The notes under the pieces: model-generated
Seen by the model: only the letters and a program-made list of their open reading frames with translations
What the model was told of the DNA's origin: nothing
Database searches by the model: none
Position numbers and translations under genes: made by a program
Source of the DNA: an uncultured Candidatus Saccharibacteria bacterium
GTDB taxonomy: Bacteria; Patescibacteriota; Minisyncoccia; Portnoybacterales; UBA2143
Length of the DNA: 64,000 nucleotides
Direction of reading: 5' to 3'
Assembly (NCBI GenBank): GCA_964413015.1
Contig: CAYPQZ010000014.1
Coordinates: 459-64,458, forward strand
Shown here: piece after piece, positions 21,840 through 31,273 of the stretch
How positions within the stretch are numbered: the stretch's first letter is position 1
How the letters are laid out: the number at the start of each line of letters is the position of its first letter

Positions 21840-23060
21840 ATGTCCGATGCCAGGATTTTTAATTTAATTAAACAGGAATATACCCGTCATCAAGAGGGAC
21901 TTAATTTGATTGCCTCGGATAATTATGCTAGTCCGGCGGTTCGTCAGGCAGTCGGGAGCATTTTGAGCGCCCGTTATGCCGAGGGCTATCCTGAAAAAAG
22001 ATATTATTCGGGCCAGCGCTACATTGACCAGATTGAAAAAATAGCCATTGCTCGGGCTAAAAAACTTTTTAAAGCGAATTATGCCAATGTTCAGGCGCAC
22101 TCCGGCTCTAATGCCAATCAAGCCGCCTATTTTGCTCTATTAAACCCAGGCGACAAGGTTTTGGCCATGCGCATTGACCAAGGCGGACATTTATCTCACG
22201 GGGCGAAAATTAATTTTTCCGGCCGCTTTTATAATTTCGTTTTTTATGGCTTAGACAAGAAAACTCAGCAGATTGATTACAATCAGATTGAAAAAATCGT
22301 TTGGAAAGAAAAGCCAAGATTAATCGTGGCCGGCGCTTCCAGCTATCCTCGCCAGATTGATTTTGCTAAGTTCGGCCGAATAGCCAAATCAATGGGTGTT
22401 TACTTAATGGGGGATATTGCCCACACGGCTGGTCTGGTGGCGACTGGCTTGCACCCGCATCCCTTCCCTTATTGCGATGTGGTTACCGCGACTACTCATA
22501 AGACGCTCCGGGGTGCTCGGGGCGGCCTGATTTTATCTAACAACAAAGAGATAGCTGACAAAATAGACAAGGCGGTTTTCCCTGGGCTTCAAGGCGGCCC
22601 CTTGCAGAATGAGATTGTTGGCAAAGCGGTTGCTTTAAAAGAAGCTAGCCAGAAGCAATTCGTTGTTTATCAAAAACAGGTGATTAAGAACGCCCAAGTT
22701 TTGGCTGAAATGCTTTTAGAACAAGGATTTGATTTAGTTTCCGGCGGCACCGACAACCATCTTATCCTAATTGATTTAACCAAGCTGGGATTCTCCGGAA
22801 AACAGGCTCAGGAATCCTTGGAATCAGCTAATCTTTACGTAAATCGCAACGTTGTCCCTTATGAGAAACGCTCTAAATGGGAAACCTCGGGTATTCGAAT
22901 TGGCACGCCGGCGATAACTACTAAAGGATTAAAAGGCAGAGAAGTTAAACAAGTTGCTCTTTGGATTAGCCAAATTCTTAAAGACATTAACAACCAATCA
23001 TTACAACGCCGGATTAAGGGAAAAGTGATTAGAATGGCTAAGCAATTTCCAGTTTTGTAG
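21840..23060 (+). CDS. glyA: Serine hydroxymethyltransferase
   Basis: YAEGYP.KRYY, GGHLSHG, TTHKTLRG PLP lysine, GGTDNH, SGIRIGTPA. Confidence 0.95.
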   Translation: MSDARIFNLIKQEYTRHQEGLNLIASDNYASPAVRQAVGSILSARYAEGYPEKRYYSGQRYIDQIEKIAIARAKKLFKANYANVQAHSGSNANQAAYFALLNPGDKVLAMRIDQGGHLSHGAKINFSGRFYNFVFYGLDKKTQQIDYNQIEKIVWKEKPRLIVAGASSYPRQIDFAKFGRIAKSMGVYLMGDIAHTAGLVATGLHPHPFPYCDVVTATTHKTLRGARGGLILSNNKEIADKIDKAVFPGLQGGPLQNEIVGKAVALKEASQKQFVVYQKQVIKNAQVLAEMLLEQGFDLVSGGTDNHLILIDLTKLGFSGKQAQESLESANLYVNRNVVPYEKRSKWETSGIRIGTPAITTKGLKGREVKQVALWISQILKDINNQSLQRRIKGKVIRMAKQFPVL

Positions 23061-23065
23061 CAACT

Positions 23066-23164
23066 GAAGGCCGATTTTTAAATTTTGACAAGGGGAAACT
23101 GATAAGAACAGTTTTAAAATGACGCCCTTGTGCTCAAGGGACATCATTTTAAGGACTGTCCTTA
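23066..23164 (+). repeat. REP-like composite palindrome, AAGGACAGTCCTT family, copy A
   Basis: gataagaacagttttaaaatgacgcccttg-tgct-caagggacatcattttaaggactgtcctta; near-identical at 27633-27748 (-) and 34351-34465. Confidence 0.85.
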
Positions 23165-23169
23165 CCACC

Positions 23170-23940
23170 ATGAAAATTATTGACGGCAAAAAGATAGCCG
23201 ATGAAATTTTAGAAGAGCTTAGAAAGGAAATTGAAATAAAAAAGCTTAAACCATGCTTGGCGGTTATTTTGATTAGCGATAATCCGGCTTCTCGTTTGTA
23301 TATTCAAAAAAAAGAAGCAGCGGCTGAGGAAATTGGAGTTGAGGTAAAAAAGCATTTTTTAGATGAGCAAATCTCCGAAAAAGAAGTTTTGGGAATAATT
23401 GACTCTTTGAATAAAGACAAACAAATTAATGGGATTTTAGTCCAGCTGCCTTTGCCAAAACATCTGGCAGTTGATAAAATTGTTCAAGCCATTAAACCAG
23501 TCAAAGATGTTGATGGATTTGTCAAAGACAGTCTTTGCAATTCTCCTTTTGTTTTGGCTATTAGCCGTGCATTGGCAGAAAGCGGCCAGGATCAGTCAGG
23601 GCGACGAACGGTTATTCTAGCTAATTCCAAGGTTTTAATTCAATCCTTGAAATTGCATTTAAATAGATTAAAATTTATTAAAGATACTAAAAAAGCCGAT
23701 ATTGTCATTAGCGCTTTAGGTCGCCCCCAATATATTAAGGGCTCAACGATTAAACCAGACGCTGTCTTGATTGACGGGGGAATTTCAAAGGCGGATAATA
23801 AAATAGTTGGGGATGTTGACCGGGAAAGCGTTCAAGAAAAAGCCAGCTGGCTAACGCCGGTACCGGGCGGATTAGGTCCGTTGACAGTGGCCTTTTTAAT
23901 GAAAAATTTAGTATGGCTTACCAACCAGTCATCGGTTTAG
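23170..23940 (+). CDS. folD: Methylenetetrahydrofolate dehydrogenase/cyclohydrolase, divergent (likely start ATG 23170)
   Basis: IIDGK, YIQKK, GILVQLPLP, KDVDG, GDVD, TPVPGGLGPLTVA. Confidence 0.88.
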   Translation: MKIIDGKKIADEILEELRKEIEIKKLKPCLAVILISDNPASRLYIQKKEAAAEEIGVEVKKHFLDEQISEKEVLGIIDSLNKDKQINGILVQLPLPKHLAVDKIVQAIKPVKDVDGFVKDSLCNSPFVLAISRALAESGQDQSGRRTVILANSKVLIQSLKLHLNRLKFIKDTKKADIVISALGRPQYIKGSTIKPDAVLIDGGISKADNKIVGDVDRESVQEKASWLTPVPGGLGPLTVAFLMKNLVWLTNQSSV

Positions 23941-25403
23941 AAATACACGCGGAATTAAAGACAGCCAGCAAGATGTTTTGCAGCTGTCTTAACGATCCGG
24001 AAGAGCAGAAACCGAATTTGAATATCTGTCCGGTTTGTTTGGGGTATCCAGGTTCATTGCCGGTAATCAACCAGGAAGCGGTGAAAAAAGTTGTTAAAAC
24101 CGCCTTGTCTTTGAATTGTCAAATTCCGGGAAGAGCTAAATTTGACCGAAAAAACTATTTCTATCCCGACTTGCCCAAAGGTTATCAAATCTCTCAATAT
24201 GACCAGCCTTTGTCCTTAAAAGGTTTTTTGGAAATCGAAGGGAAAAAAATCCAGATTACCCGGATTCATTTAGAAGAAGATACCGGTCGATTGATACATT
24301 TGCAGGAAGCCGGCTATTCACTGATTGATTTTAATCGGGCCGGTCGGCCGCTTATGGAATTAGTCACTGAACCGGATATTGAATCCGGTCGGGAGGCCCG
24401 ACAGTTTTGCGAAGAATTGCAGTTAATCCTGCGCTATTTAGAGGTCTCTGAAGCGAATATGGAAAAAGGCCAGATGCGCTGTGAGGTTAACATTTCACTT
24501 TCTGGCAAGAACGGCAAGTTGGGAACCAAGGTGGAAATTAAAAACCTTAACTCTTTCCGGGCAGTTGAAAAGTCAATTGACTACGAAATTAAAAGACAAG
24601 CCGATTTGTTGGAAGCAGGGCAAAAAGTTATTCAGGAAACCAGAGGCTGGAACGAAGGCAAGCAGATTACTTTCTCCCAGAGGATAAAAGAAGAATCTCA
24701 AGATTACCGTTATTTCCCCGAGCCTGATTTGCCTCCTTTATTGATAGAAGCGTCGTCTGGCGAGTCGAAACACTCGATAGTTAATGTCGCAGAGATTAAA
24801 GCTAAATTGCCGGAACTGCCTCAAGCCCGGCGAACCAGATTTTTTGAAGAGTATCAGATTGCTCCGTCTAATATTAATACGCTGATTGTTAATAAAAAGC
24901 TGGCTGACTATTTTGAGCAGATTGTTTCTGAGTTAAAAACTTGGCTGAAGATAAAATCTATTGATGACAAACAGCCAATGATTAAACTTACCGCTAACTA
25001 TTTATTAACTGAACTTCAAAAATTACTTTTGGCTGATAAAAAAGAAATTACTGAATGTAAAATCAGCCCGGAAAATTTAGCTGAGTTTATTACCTTGATT
25101 CAACAAAAGGAAATTTCAAGTTCAGCGGCTCAAACCGTTCTGAAAGAAATGTTTGAGACCGGAGCCGACCCTTCCAATATTATTGAAGAAAAGAATTTGA
25201 AACAGGTTAATAATGAAGACGTCCTGCTTAAGGTAGTCAAACAGATTATTCAGGAGAATCCCAAGCCAGTTAAGGACTATCGATCAGGCAAGGAAAACGT
25301 TTTACAGTTTTTAGTTGGCAAAGTGATGGCGGCCAGTCATGGCCAGGCCAATCCTGAAATAGTCAGGGAAATTCTAAAAAATAGATTAAAGGTCGAGAAA
25401 TAA
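23913..25403 (+). CDS. gatB: Asp/Glu-tRNA amidotransferase subunit B
   Basis: IGLEIHAEL, RKNYFYPDLPKGYQISQ, HLEEDTG, DYRYFPEPDLP. Confidence 0.98.
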   Translation: MAYQPVIGLEIHAELKTASKMFCSCLNDPEEQKPNLNICPVCLGYPGSLPVINQEAVKKVVKTALSLNCQIPGRAKFDRKNYFYPDLPKGYQISQYDQPLSLKGFLEIEGKKIQITRIHLEEDTGRLIHLQEAGYSLIDFNRAGRPLMELVTEPDIESGREARQFCEELQLILRYLEVSEANMEKGQMRCEVNISLSGKNGKLGTKVEIKNLNSFRAVEKSIDYEIKRQADLLEAGQKVIQETRGWNEGKQITFSQRIKEESQDYRYFPEPDLPPLLIEASSGESKHSIVNVAEIKAKLPELPQARRTRFFEEYQIAPSNINTLIVNKKLADYFEQIVSELKTWLKIKSIDDKQPMIKLTANYLLTELQKLLLADKKEITECKISPENLAEFITLIQQKEISSSAAQTVLKEMFETGADPSNIIEEKNLKQVNNEDVLLKVVKQIIQENPKPVKDYRSGKENVLQFLVGKVMAASHGQANPEIVREILKNRLKVEK

Positions 25404-25421
25404 TTTTAATTGAGAAATAAT

Positions 25422-25607
25422 ATGGTCAATACAGAAAAATACGAAATCAATCCAGAGTATAGGCAGAATCTTTTAAAAGGTAAAAGTTTTAAATTTTCTG
25501 AAAAAGAAACAGCGGAAATGAAAGATAAAGGATTAAGTGAAGAAGATATAGTAAAGAAACAGGAGGATGTTATCGCAAGGCAAGAATTAGATCGCCAGGA
25601 AAAATAA
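25422..25607 (+). CDS. Small hypothetical protein or gene remnant
   Basis: Short charged ORF in the gap between convergent genes; no recognisable motif. Confidence 0.4.
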   Translation: MVNTEKYEINPEYRQNLLKGKSFKFSEKETAEMKDKGLSEEDIVKKQEDVIARQELDRQEK

Positions 25608-25624
25608 GACGCAAGATTAGCTGT

Positions 25625-26488
25625 TTAGATAAAGTCAGTAATTATTCTTTTTGCATCAGAGTAAGTTTTAACCCAATTGATCCTTTTGTCTCTTTTAAAC
25701 CAGGTCATTTGGCGGCGGGCGTACTGGCGGGTGTGATTGATAATTAATTCCTCGGCTTTTTTTAAAGAAATTTTACCTTGGAGGCATTGATGAATTTCCT
25801 GATAGCCGATGCTCGACAAGGCCGGCTGATTAAAAGAATATTTTTTGGACAATTTTTTAACTTCTTCAATTAGGCCAGTCCGGAGCATTTTTTTGACTCG
25901 CTGCTCTATTTTTTTATTAAGCGTTCCTTTGTTTAGCTTCAAACCAATCTCTAAAATTTCAAAAAGAGGTTGGCCTTTTTGTTTCTGTTTGGAGAATGGC
26001 TTTTTAGTCAGCAAGCAGACTTCTAAAGCGCGAATTAGCCGCCTTTTGTTGCGAGAATCAATAGCCGAAGCCGCTAAAGAATCTAATTTTTTGAGTCGTT
26101 GAAATAATTCCCGATTAGATAATTTTTCCAGCTTAATCCTTAGTTTTTTATCCGGTTTAACCCGAGGAATTTTTAAGTTATCAACAACTGCCTGGATGTA
26201 CAAGCCAGTTCCGCCGACTAAAAAAGGCAGCCGATTTCTTTTCTGGATATCTTGAATAGTTTTAACAGCCAGCTTTTTGTATTGAGCTAGGGTAAATTCT
26301 TGGTTTGGTTTGACAATGTCAACCAGAGCTATTTTTTTAGTTTTAGCAGTGCCAATGTCCATTTCTTGGTAAATTTGCCGCGAATCAGCATTAACTATTT
26401 CACCCTTAAATTTCTCAGCCAATTTAATAGCTAAGTCAGATTTGCCTGAAGCGGTTGGTCCGAGAATGACAATGAGTTTGTTATGCAT
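25625..26488 (-). CDS. miaA: tRNA dimethylallyltransferase (likely start 26488)
   Basis: GPTASGKS, DSRQIY.EMDIGTAK, VGGTGLY, RALEV, YARRQMTWF. Confidence 0.96.
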   Translation of the reverse strand: MHNKLIVILGPTASGKSDLAIKLAEKFKGEIVNADSRQIYQEMDIGTAKTKKIALVDIVKPNQEFTLAQYKKLAVKTIQDIQKRNRLPFLVGGTGLYIQAVVDNLKIPRVKPDKKLRIKLEKLSNRELFQRLKKLDSLAASAIDSRNKRRLIRALEVCLLTKKPFSKQKQKGQPLFEILEIGLKLNKGTLNKKIEQRVKKMLRTGLIEEVKKLSKKYSFNQPALSSIGYQEIHQCLQGKISLKKAEELIINHTRQYARRQMTWFKRDKRINWVKTYSDAKRIITDFI

Positions 26489-26541
26489 AGTTTCGAGAAG
26501 TGTAAGGGACATTCCTTAAATTTTTAAACTGTACTTTAACC

Positions 26542-27585
26542 TTAACTTGCGTTTTTTAAGGCCAGAATAACCTTTTTCCTCCTTTTCTTCTCGTCGGAAG
26601 GAACGTCATCTTTTAACCGGGCGGCGGCTGTGCCTTTTCTTGGAGAATAAGCGGCTACGTAAGCCTGGCTAAAGCCGATTTCCCTGAATAAATCAACCGT
26701 TTTTCGGAACTGCTTTTTAGTCTCGCCCGGAAAGCCAACAATAATATCAGTGGATATTTTCGCCTCGGGTATGGCCCGACGGATTTTTTTTATCAAATTT
26801 TTATAATGCCCGACCGTATAGCCACGATTCATCTTTTTGAGGATTTGGTTATCGCCTGACTGAACCGGCAGATGAATTTCTTTGGAAATTTTATCGCCTT
26901 GGCCGATTGTTTTTATCAGTTCGTTTGACATATCCTTAGGGTGAGAAGTAAGGAATTTTATCTGGAAGTTTCCGGGTAGATTGTTGATTAATTTAAGCAA
27001 TACGGAGAAGCCAAGGACAGTCCTTAAATTTACGTCCTTAGAATAAGGACGTAAATTTAAGGACTGTCCTTGACGGCCTTGATAGCTATTCACATTTTGT
27101 CCTAAAAGAGTTATTTCTCTATATCCTTTTTTAATTAAAGTTTTCGCTTCCTTAATAATTTCATTAGCCGGTCGCGAGTATTCACGGCCGCGGGTATAGG
27201 GGACTACGCAATAGGAACAAAAATTATTGCAACCGGTCATAATGGGAAGCCAGGCATTTTTGGCTGATTGACGTTTGGGCTCCAATTCCAGATTAATAAT
27301 TGGCCAGATTTCATCAACTTGTTCCCGAAGCTGTTTTTTGTCCTTGAATAAAAGACAACCAGTTAAAACCAATTTGCTTTCTGGGTTTTGAAGACGGATT
27401 TTCTTTACTTGGCTGTAAACCCTGTTGACAGCTGACTGTCTGATCGAGCAAACGTTAATAACAACTAAATTAGCCGATTTAATTTGGTCGACTGATTGGT
27501 AGTTTTTTTTCTCTAATTGGGCGGCAATCTTTTCCGAATCTGATTTATTCATTTGACAACCGTAGGTGATAATATGGTATTTCAT
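26542..27585 (-). CDS. miaB: MiaB-family radical SAM methylthiotransferase, compact, no TRAM domain (likely start 27585)
   Basis: TYGCQMN.SDSE, NVCSIR, GCNNFCSYCVVPYTRG, GQNVNSY, HLPVQSG, DIIVGFPGET; adjacent to miaA. Confidence 0.9.
   Translation of the reverse strand: MKYHIITYGCQMNKSDSEKIAAQLEKKNYQSVDQIKSANLVVINVCSIRQSAVNRVYSQVKKIRLQNPESKLVLTGCLLFKDKKQLREQVDEIWPIINLELEPKRQSAKNAWLPIMTGCNNFCSYCVVPYTRGREYSRPANEIIKEAKTLIKKGYREITLLGQNVNSYQGRQGQSLNLRPYSKDVNLRTVLGFSVLLKLINNLPGNFQIKFLTSHPKDMSNELIKTIGQGDKISKEIHLPVQSGDNQILKKMNRGYTVGHYKNLIKKIRRAIPEAKISTDIIVGFPGETKKQFRKTVDLFREIGFSQAYVAAYSPRKGTAAARLKDDVPSDEKKRRKKVILALKNAS
27012..27072. repeat. Perfect 61-bp hairpin (29-bp arms, 3-nt loop) inside miaB coding sequence
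   Basis: caaggacagtccttaaatttacgtcctta-gaa-taaggacgtaaatttaaggactgtccttg. Confidence 0.92.
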
Positions 27586-27632
27586 ATCTGCTTGGGAGAA
27601 GCTAATCTTTAAAAATTTAAGGATTATCATAC

Positions 27633-27748
27633 GATAAGAACAGTCCTTAAAATGATGTCCCTTGAGCACAAGGGCGTCATTTTAAGGACTGTTCTTATCT
27701 GTTTGTCTTATTAGTTACCCTTTGTTAAAATTTAAGAACTGCCTTTTC
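27633..27748 (-). repeat. REP-like composite palindrome, AAGGACAGTCCTT family, copy B
   Basis: Reverse complement aligns with copies A and C over about 100-115 bp. Confidence 0.85.
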
Positions 27749-27801
27749 ATTGATTTCATTTTGTATCTTAATTGAAAATGTTGTATAATACAAGCAATAT
27801 G

Positions 27802-27930
27802 CCCCGTAGAGAAACTTTGACTCTATTCGCCTGTGGCGAATAAGAATGCGGGGATATATAATTATAAGATAAACTAAAAAATATTGAGAATTTTGATATT
27901 TTGATTAAATGTCAAAGTTCTTCTACGGGG
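27802..27930. mobile_element. 129-bp MITE with 20-bp terminal inverted repeats and apparent TATG target duplication
   Basis: TATG|ccccgtagagaaactttgac ... gtcaaagttcttctacgggg|TATG. Confidence 0.8.
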
Positions 27931-27931
27931 T

Positions 27932-28669
27932 ATGAGCAAAATATATTTATCAGTCATTATTCCGGCCTACAACGAGGCCAAAAGTATTGGGAAAACCCTT
28001 TTAAGCATTGATTCCTACTTGGCCCAGCAGGACTATCACTACGAGATTCTGGTTATCAACGACGGGTCAAAAGACAAAACGGTCCAGATTGTTAATAAAT
28101 TTACCAAAATAATTAAAAATTTAAGGTTGGTTAACAATCAGGAAAATCATGGCAAGGGATGGGTTGTCAAGCAGGGGATGCTGGAGGCTGGAGGAAAATA
28201 CCGTCTTTTTATGGACGCTGACAATGCGACCACTATTGACCATTTCGAGAAAATGATACCCTTTTTTAAAAAGGGCTGCCAGGTGGTGATTGGTTCGCGG
28301 GACAGCAAAGATGCTCCAGATGCCAAACAAACCGTTCCCCAACCATTTTTTAAAAGGCAATTGGGCAATTTCGGCAATCTTTTAATTCAATTAATGGCAG
28401 TTCCGGGCATTTGGGATACTCAATGTGGCTTCAAGGCTTTTTCGGGAAAGGCGACCAATGATATCTTCAGCCGGTGTTTGATTGATAAATGGGGATTTGA
28501 CATTGAAGCGCTGGCCCTAGCAAAAAAACTGGGATATCGCATAGGGATAATTCCGGTTAACTGGATAAACAATCCGGATTCTCGAGTTGGCTGGAAAGGA
28601 TATTTAAGAACCTTGAGCGAATTGCTTAAAATTAGATGGAATTTTATTACCGGTAAATATAAATATTAG
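27932..28669 (+). CDS. Glycosyltransferase family 2 (dolichyl-phosphate glucosyltransferase-like)
   Basis: SVIIPAYNE, NDGSKD, NHGKG, FMDADN, DTQCGFK, FDIE. Confidence 0.9.
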   Translation: MSKIYLSVIIPAYNEAKSIGKTLLSIDSYLAQQDYHYEILVINDGSKDKTVQIVNKFTKIIKNLRLVNNQENHGKGWVVKQGMLEAGGKYRLFMDADNATTIDHFEKMIPFFKKGCQVVIGSRDSKDAPDAKQTVPQPFFKRQLGNFGNLLIQLMAVPGIWDTQCGFKAFSGKATNDIFSRCLIDKWGFDIEALALAKKLGYRIGIIPVNWINNPDSRVGWKGYLRTLSELLKIRWNFITGKYKY

Positions 28670-28673
28670 AATT

Positions 28674-29669
28674 ATGGACAGGGAATTTCCTTCAGAATTA
28701 AGATTAGATTTGGTTTCTAATGACTGGGTATTGATTGCCGCTGGCCGGGCCCAACGGCCGGAAACTTTCGCTAAACATCAGAGAATTAAAGAACAAGCTA
28801 CTCCCGAGAATTGTCCTTTTTGCCAAGAGTATAATATTCGGGAGAAAATCGCTAGGAAAAACAAACCGGATGGTTCCTGGTTTGTTATCTCTATTCCCAA
28901 TAAATTTCCTGCCTTTTCCGAAAATGGCGGCCATGAGCTTAAAGAGCAGAAAATAGGGCCCAACAAAACGATGAACGGCTTTGGCTATCATGAGGTTATT
29001 ATTACCGCTGACCATGAGAAGCAGATAGCCCAGTTCTCACAGGGAGAAGCCAGAATGGTTATTGACATCTATCAGGAAAGATACTTGGACTTAATGAGTA
29101 AACAGTTCATTAAATACATTGCTATTTTCCATAATCATGGCAAGGAAGCCGGTGCTTCTATAAGTCATCCTCATTCTCAACTTATGGCAATTCCGGTTAT
29201 TGACCCTGATATTCGGGGTAGCTTGAACGGCGCTGAAAATTTCTATAAAAAAAACAGAAAATGCGTCTATTGCACAATGCTTGACTGGGACATAAAAGAT
29301 AAGAAACGAATTATTTATGAAAACGAAAAGTTTGTGGTTCTATGTCCTTTCGCTCCCCAGGTTTCTTTTGAAGTCAGGGTATATCCTAAAGAACACCAGC
29401 CATATTTTGAAAAGATGAATAATCAGGAAAAAGATTTCTTTGCTGATGCCCTGCAAAAGGCCTTGTCGGTTATTTATCATAGATTAGAAGATCCGGCTTA
29501 CAATTTCTATTTCCACACTGCTCCCTGCGATGGAGGCAATTATGAGAATTACCATTGGCATCTAAATATTTTACCTAAAATTTCTGTATGGGCCGGTTTT
29601 GAATTAGGGGCTGGCATAGAAATTTCTACTATTGAACCCGAGGCGGCGGCTGAATTTTTGAGAAATTAA
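28674..29669 (+). CDS. galT: Galactose-1-phosphate uridylyltransferase family protein
   Basis: R.QRP, CPFC, IPNKFPA, GYHEVII, GASISHPHSQ, YHWH. Confidence 0.9.
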   Translation: MDREFPSELRLDLVSNDWVLIAAGRAQRPETFAKHQRIKEQATPENCPFCQEYNIREKIARKNKPDGSWFVISIPNKFPAFSENGGHELKEQKIGPNKTMNGFGYHEVIITADHEKQIAQFSQGEARMVIDIYQERYLDLMSKQFIKYIAIFHNHGKEAGASISHPHSQLMAIPVIDPDIRGSLNGAENFYKKNRKCVYCTMLDWDIKDKKRIIYENEKFVVLCPFAPQVSFEVRVYPKEHQPYFEKMNNQEKDFFADALQKALSVIYHRLEDPAYNFYFHTAPCDGGNYENYHWHLNILPKISVWAGFELGAGIEISTIEPEAAAEFLRN

Positions 29670-29674
29670 TATTT

Positions 29675-30295
29675 ATGGGCATTCTTTTTTCGAACATTAC
29701 TCTGTTCATCACCAATGTAATTTCTGATATTGGCTATCTGGGCATTTGCCTGTTGATGGCCGTTGAGAGCTCTTTTATCCCATTCCCTTCTGAAATTGTT
29801 ATTCCGCCAGCCGCTTATCTGGCCCAGCAGGGACAAATGAACATCTTTTTAGTTATTCTTTTCGGGATAATCGGGAGTTTGCTAGGCGCTTCCTTAAACT
29901 ATTTCTTAGCCTATTCTTTAGGCAGAAAAGTCATTTATTCTTTAGCTAATCGCAATTTTTTTAAATTTTTATTCATCAGCCAGAGAAAAATCGCCAAAGC
30001 GGAAAACTATTTCTTAAAATATGGAAATCTTTCTACTTTTATCGGCAGGTTTGTGCCTGCTATCAGGCAGTTAATTTCTATTCCGGCTGGATTCTCCCGA
30101 ATGAATTTTAAAAGCTTTGCCTGGTATACTTTTTTAGGTTCCGGCATTTGGGTGACAATTCTGGCAATCCTGGGATATTGCTTTGGCCATAATCAGGAGG
30201 CAATCTCCAGATATTCCAATCAGATTTCTTTGTTTTTCGCCGTTTTGGCCTTAGCTATTATATTATTAATAATTATTAAAAAAAAGCGTGGATAA
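29675..30295 (+). CDS. DedA family membrane protein
   Basis: ESSFIPFPSEIVIPPA, GRFVPAIRQLISIPAG. Confidence 0.92.
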   Translation: MGILFSNITLFITNVISDIGYLGICLLMAVESSFIPFPSEIVIPPAAYLAQQGQMNIFLVILFGIIGSLLGASLNYFLAYSLGRKVIYSLANRNFFKFLFISQRKIAKAENYFLKYGNLSTFIGRFVPAIRQLISIPAGFSRMNFKSFAWYTFLGSGIWVTILAILGYCFGHNQEAISRYSNQISLFFAVLALAIILLIIIKKKRG

Positions 30296-31082
30296 TAAAA
30301 AGATAGTCATTGCTAACTGGAAAATGAATCCGGCAACCTTAAAAGAAGCCGAGCGTCTTTTTAGCACGTTGGATGAACGCATTGAAATGAGCGGGAATTT
30401 AGAAACAATCATCTGTCCTCCTTTTGTCTATTTGTCTCCTTTAATTAATCTGTCAAAACACAATTTAGTTTTTGGCGGTCAGGACTGTTTTTGGGAAAAG
30501 CAGGGCGCTTATACCGGAGAAGTTTCTTCAGCAGAACTTAAAAGCTTAGGCTGTGAATACGTGCTTATCGGCCATTCAGAGAGGAAAAGATATTTTCAGG
30601 AAGATGATTCAATGATTAATAAAAAGCTGAAGGCCGCTTTAGCCAGTCGGCTAATTCCGGTACTTTGTGTTGGAGAGGAGATTAGAGATGATTTTGATTC
30701 TGAAGGGCGAGCGCTTGGCGAACTCAATCCAGTGATTGCCGAACAAATTGAGAAAGCGCTGATTGATATTAACCCTACTCGGGTTAGTGACATAATTATT
30801 GCTTATGAACCGGTTTGGGCGATTAGCACAACAGTTGATAAAAAAGATTGTTCTTCTAATGAAGCTATGAAAGCGGCTTTGTTTATCCGTAAGATATTAA
30901 TTAAACTTTACAGCCGACTGGTTGCTGAAAAAGTTAGAATTATTTACGGGGGCAGCGTTGATAGCCTGAATGTGACGGATTATGTTGAAGGAGCCAACTT
31001 GGACGGTGTTTTGGTCGGTGGAGCCTCCTTAAACGCCAGTGAGTTTGTAAGAATAATTGAGAGATTGAAGGCTGTGTCTTAA
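30288..31082 (+). CDS. tpiA: Triosephosphate isomerase
   Basis: ANWKMN, GAYTGEVS, IGHSERK, AYEPVWAI, YGGSV, LVGGASL. Confidence 0.97.
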   Translation: MDNKKIVIANWKMNPATLKEAERLFSTLDERIEMSGNLETIICPPFVYLSPLINLSKHNLVFGGQDCFWEKQGAYTGEVSSAELKSLGCEYVLIGHSERKRYFQEDDSMINKKLKAALASRLIPVLCVGEEIRDDFDSEGRALGELNPVIAEQIEKALIDINPTRVSDIIIAYEPVWAISTTVDKKDCSSNEAMKAALFIRKILIKLYSRLVAEKVRIIYGGSVDSLNVTDYVEGANLDGVLVGGASLNASEFVRIIERLKAVS

Positions 31083-31147
31083 ATTTTTAAGGACTGTCCT
31101 TATCGTTGGCGCGTCTCAAGGGGTATTAAATATACGACTTTGCGTTT

Positions 31148-31256
31148 GGCCTTTGGCTCGAAGAGAAATTTTTTTGAATGTTTAGCCCTATTCGTGCTTC
31201 GCGCGAACAGCTCGCCCACACCTACGATTCAAAAAAATTGTCTTCTTCGCAAGGCC
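31148..31256. repeat. Long stem-loop (MITE-like) intergenic element
   Basis: ggcctt..cgaagagaaatttttttgaat pairs with attcaaaaaaattgtcttcttcgcaaggcc; inner hairpin ttcgtgc/gcgcgaa. Confidence 0.65.
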
Positions 31257-31273
31257 TTGTATCCGATAGGATT

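Noticed and set aside
24758-24776. Small hairpin in a gatB variable loop as another coding insertion
   Set aside because: Only ~5-bp stem and no second copy in the window
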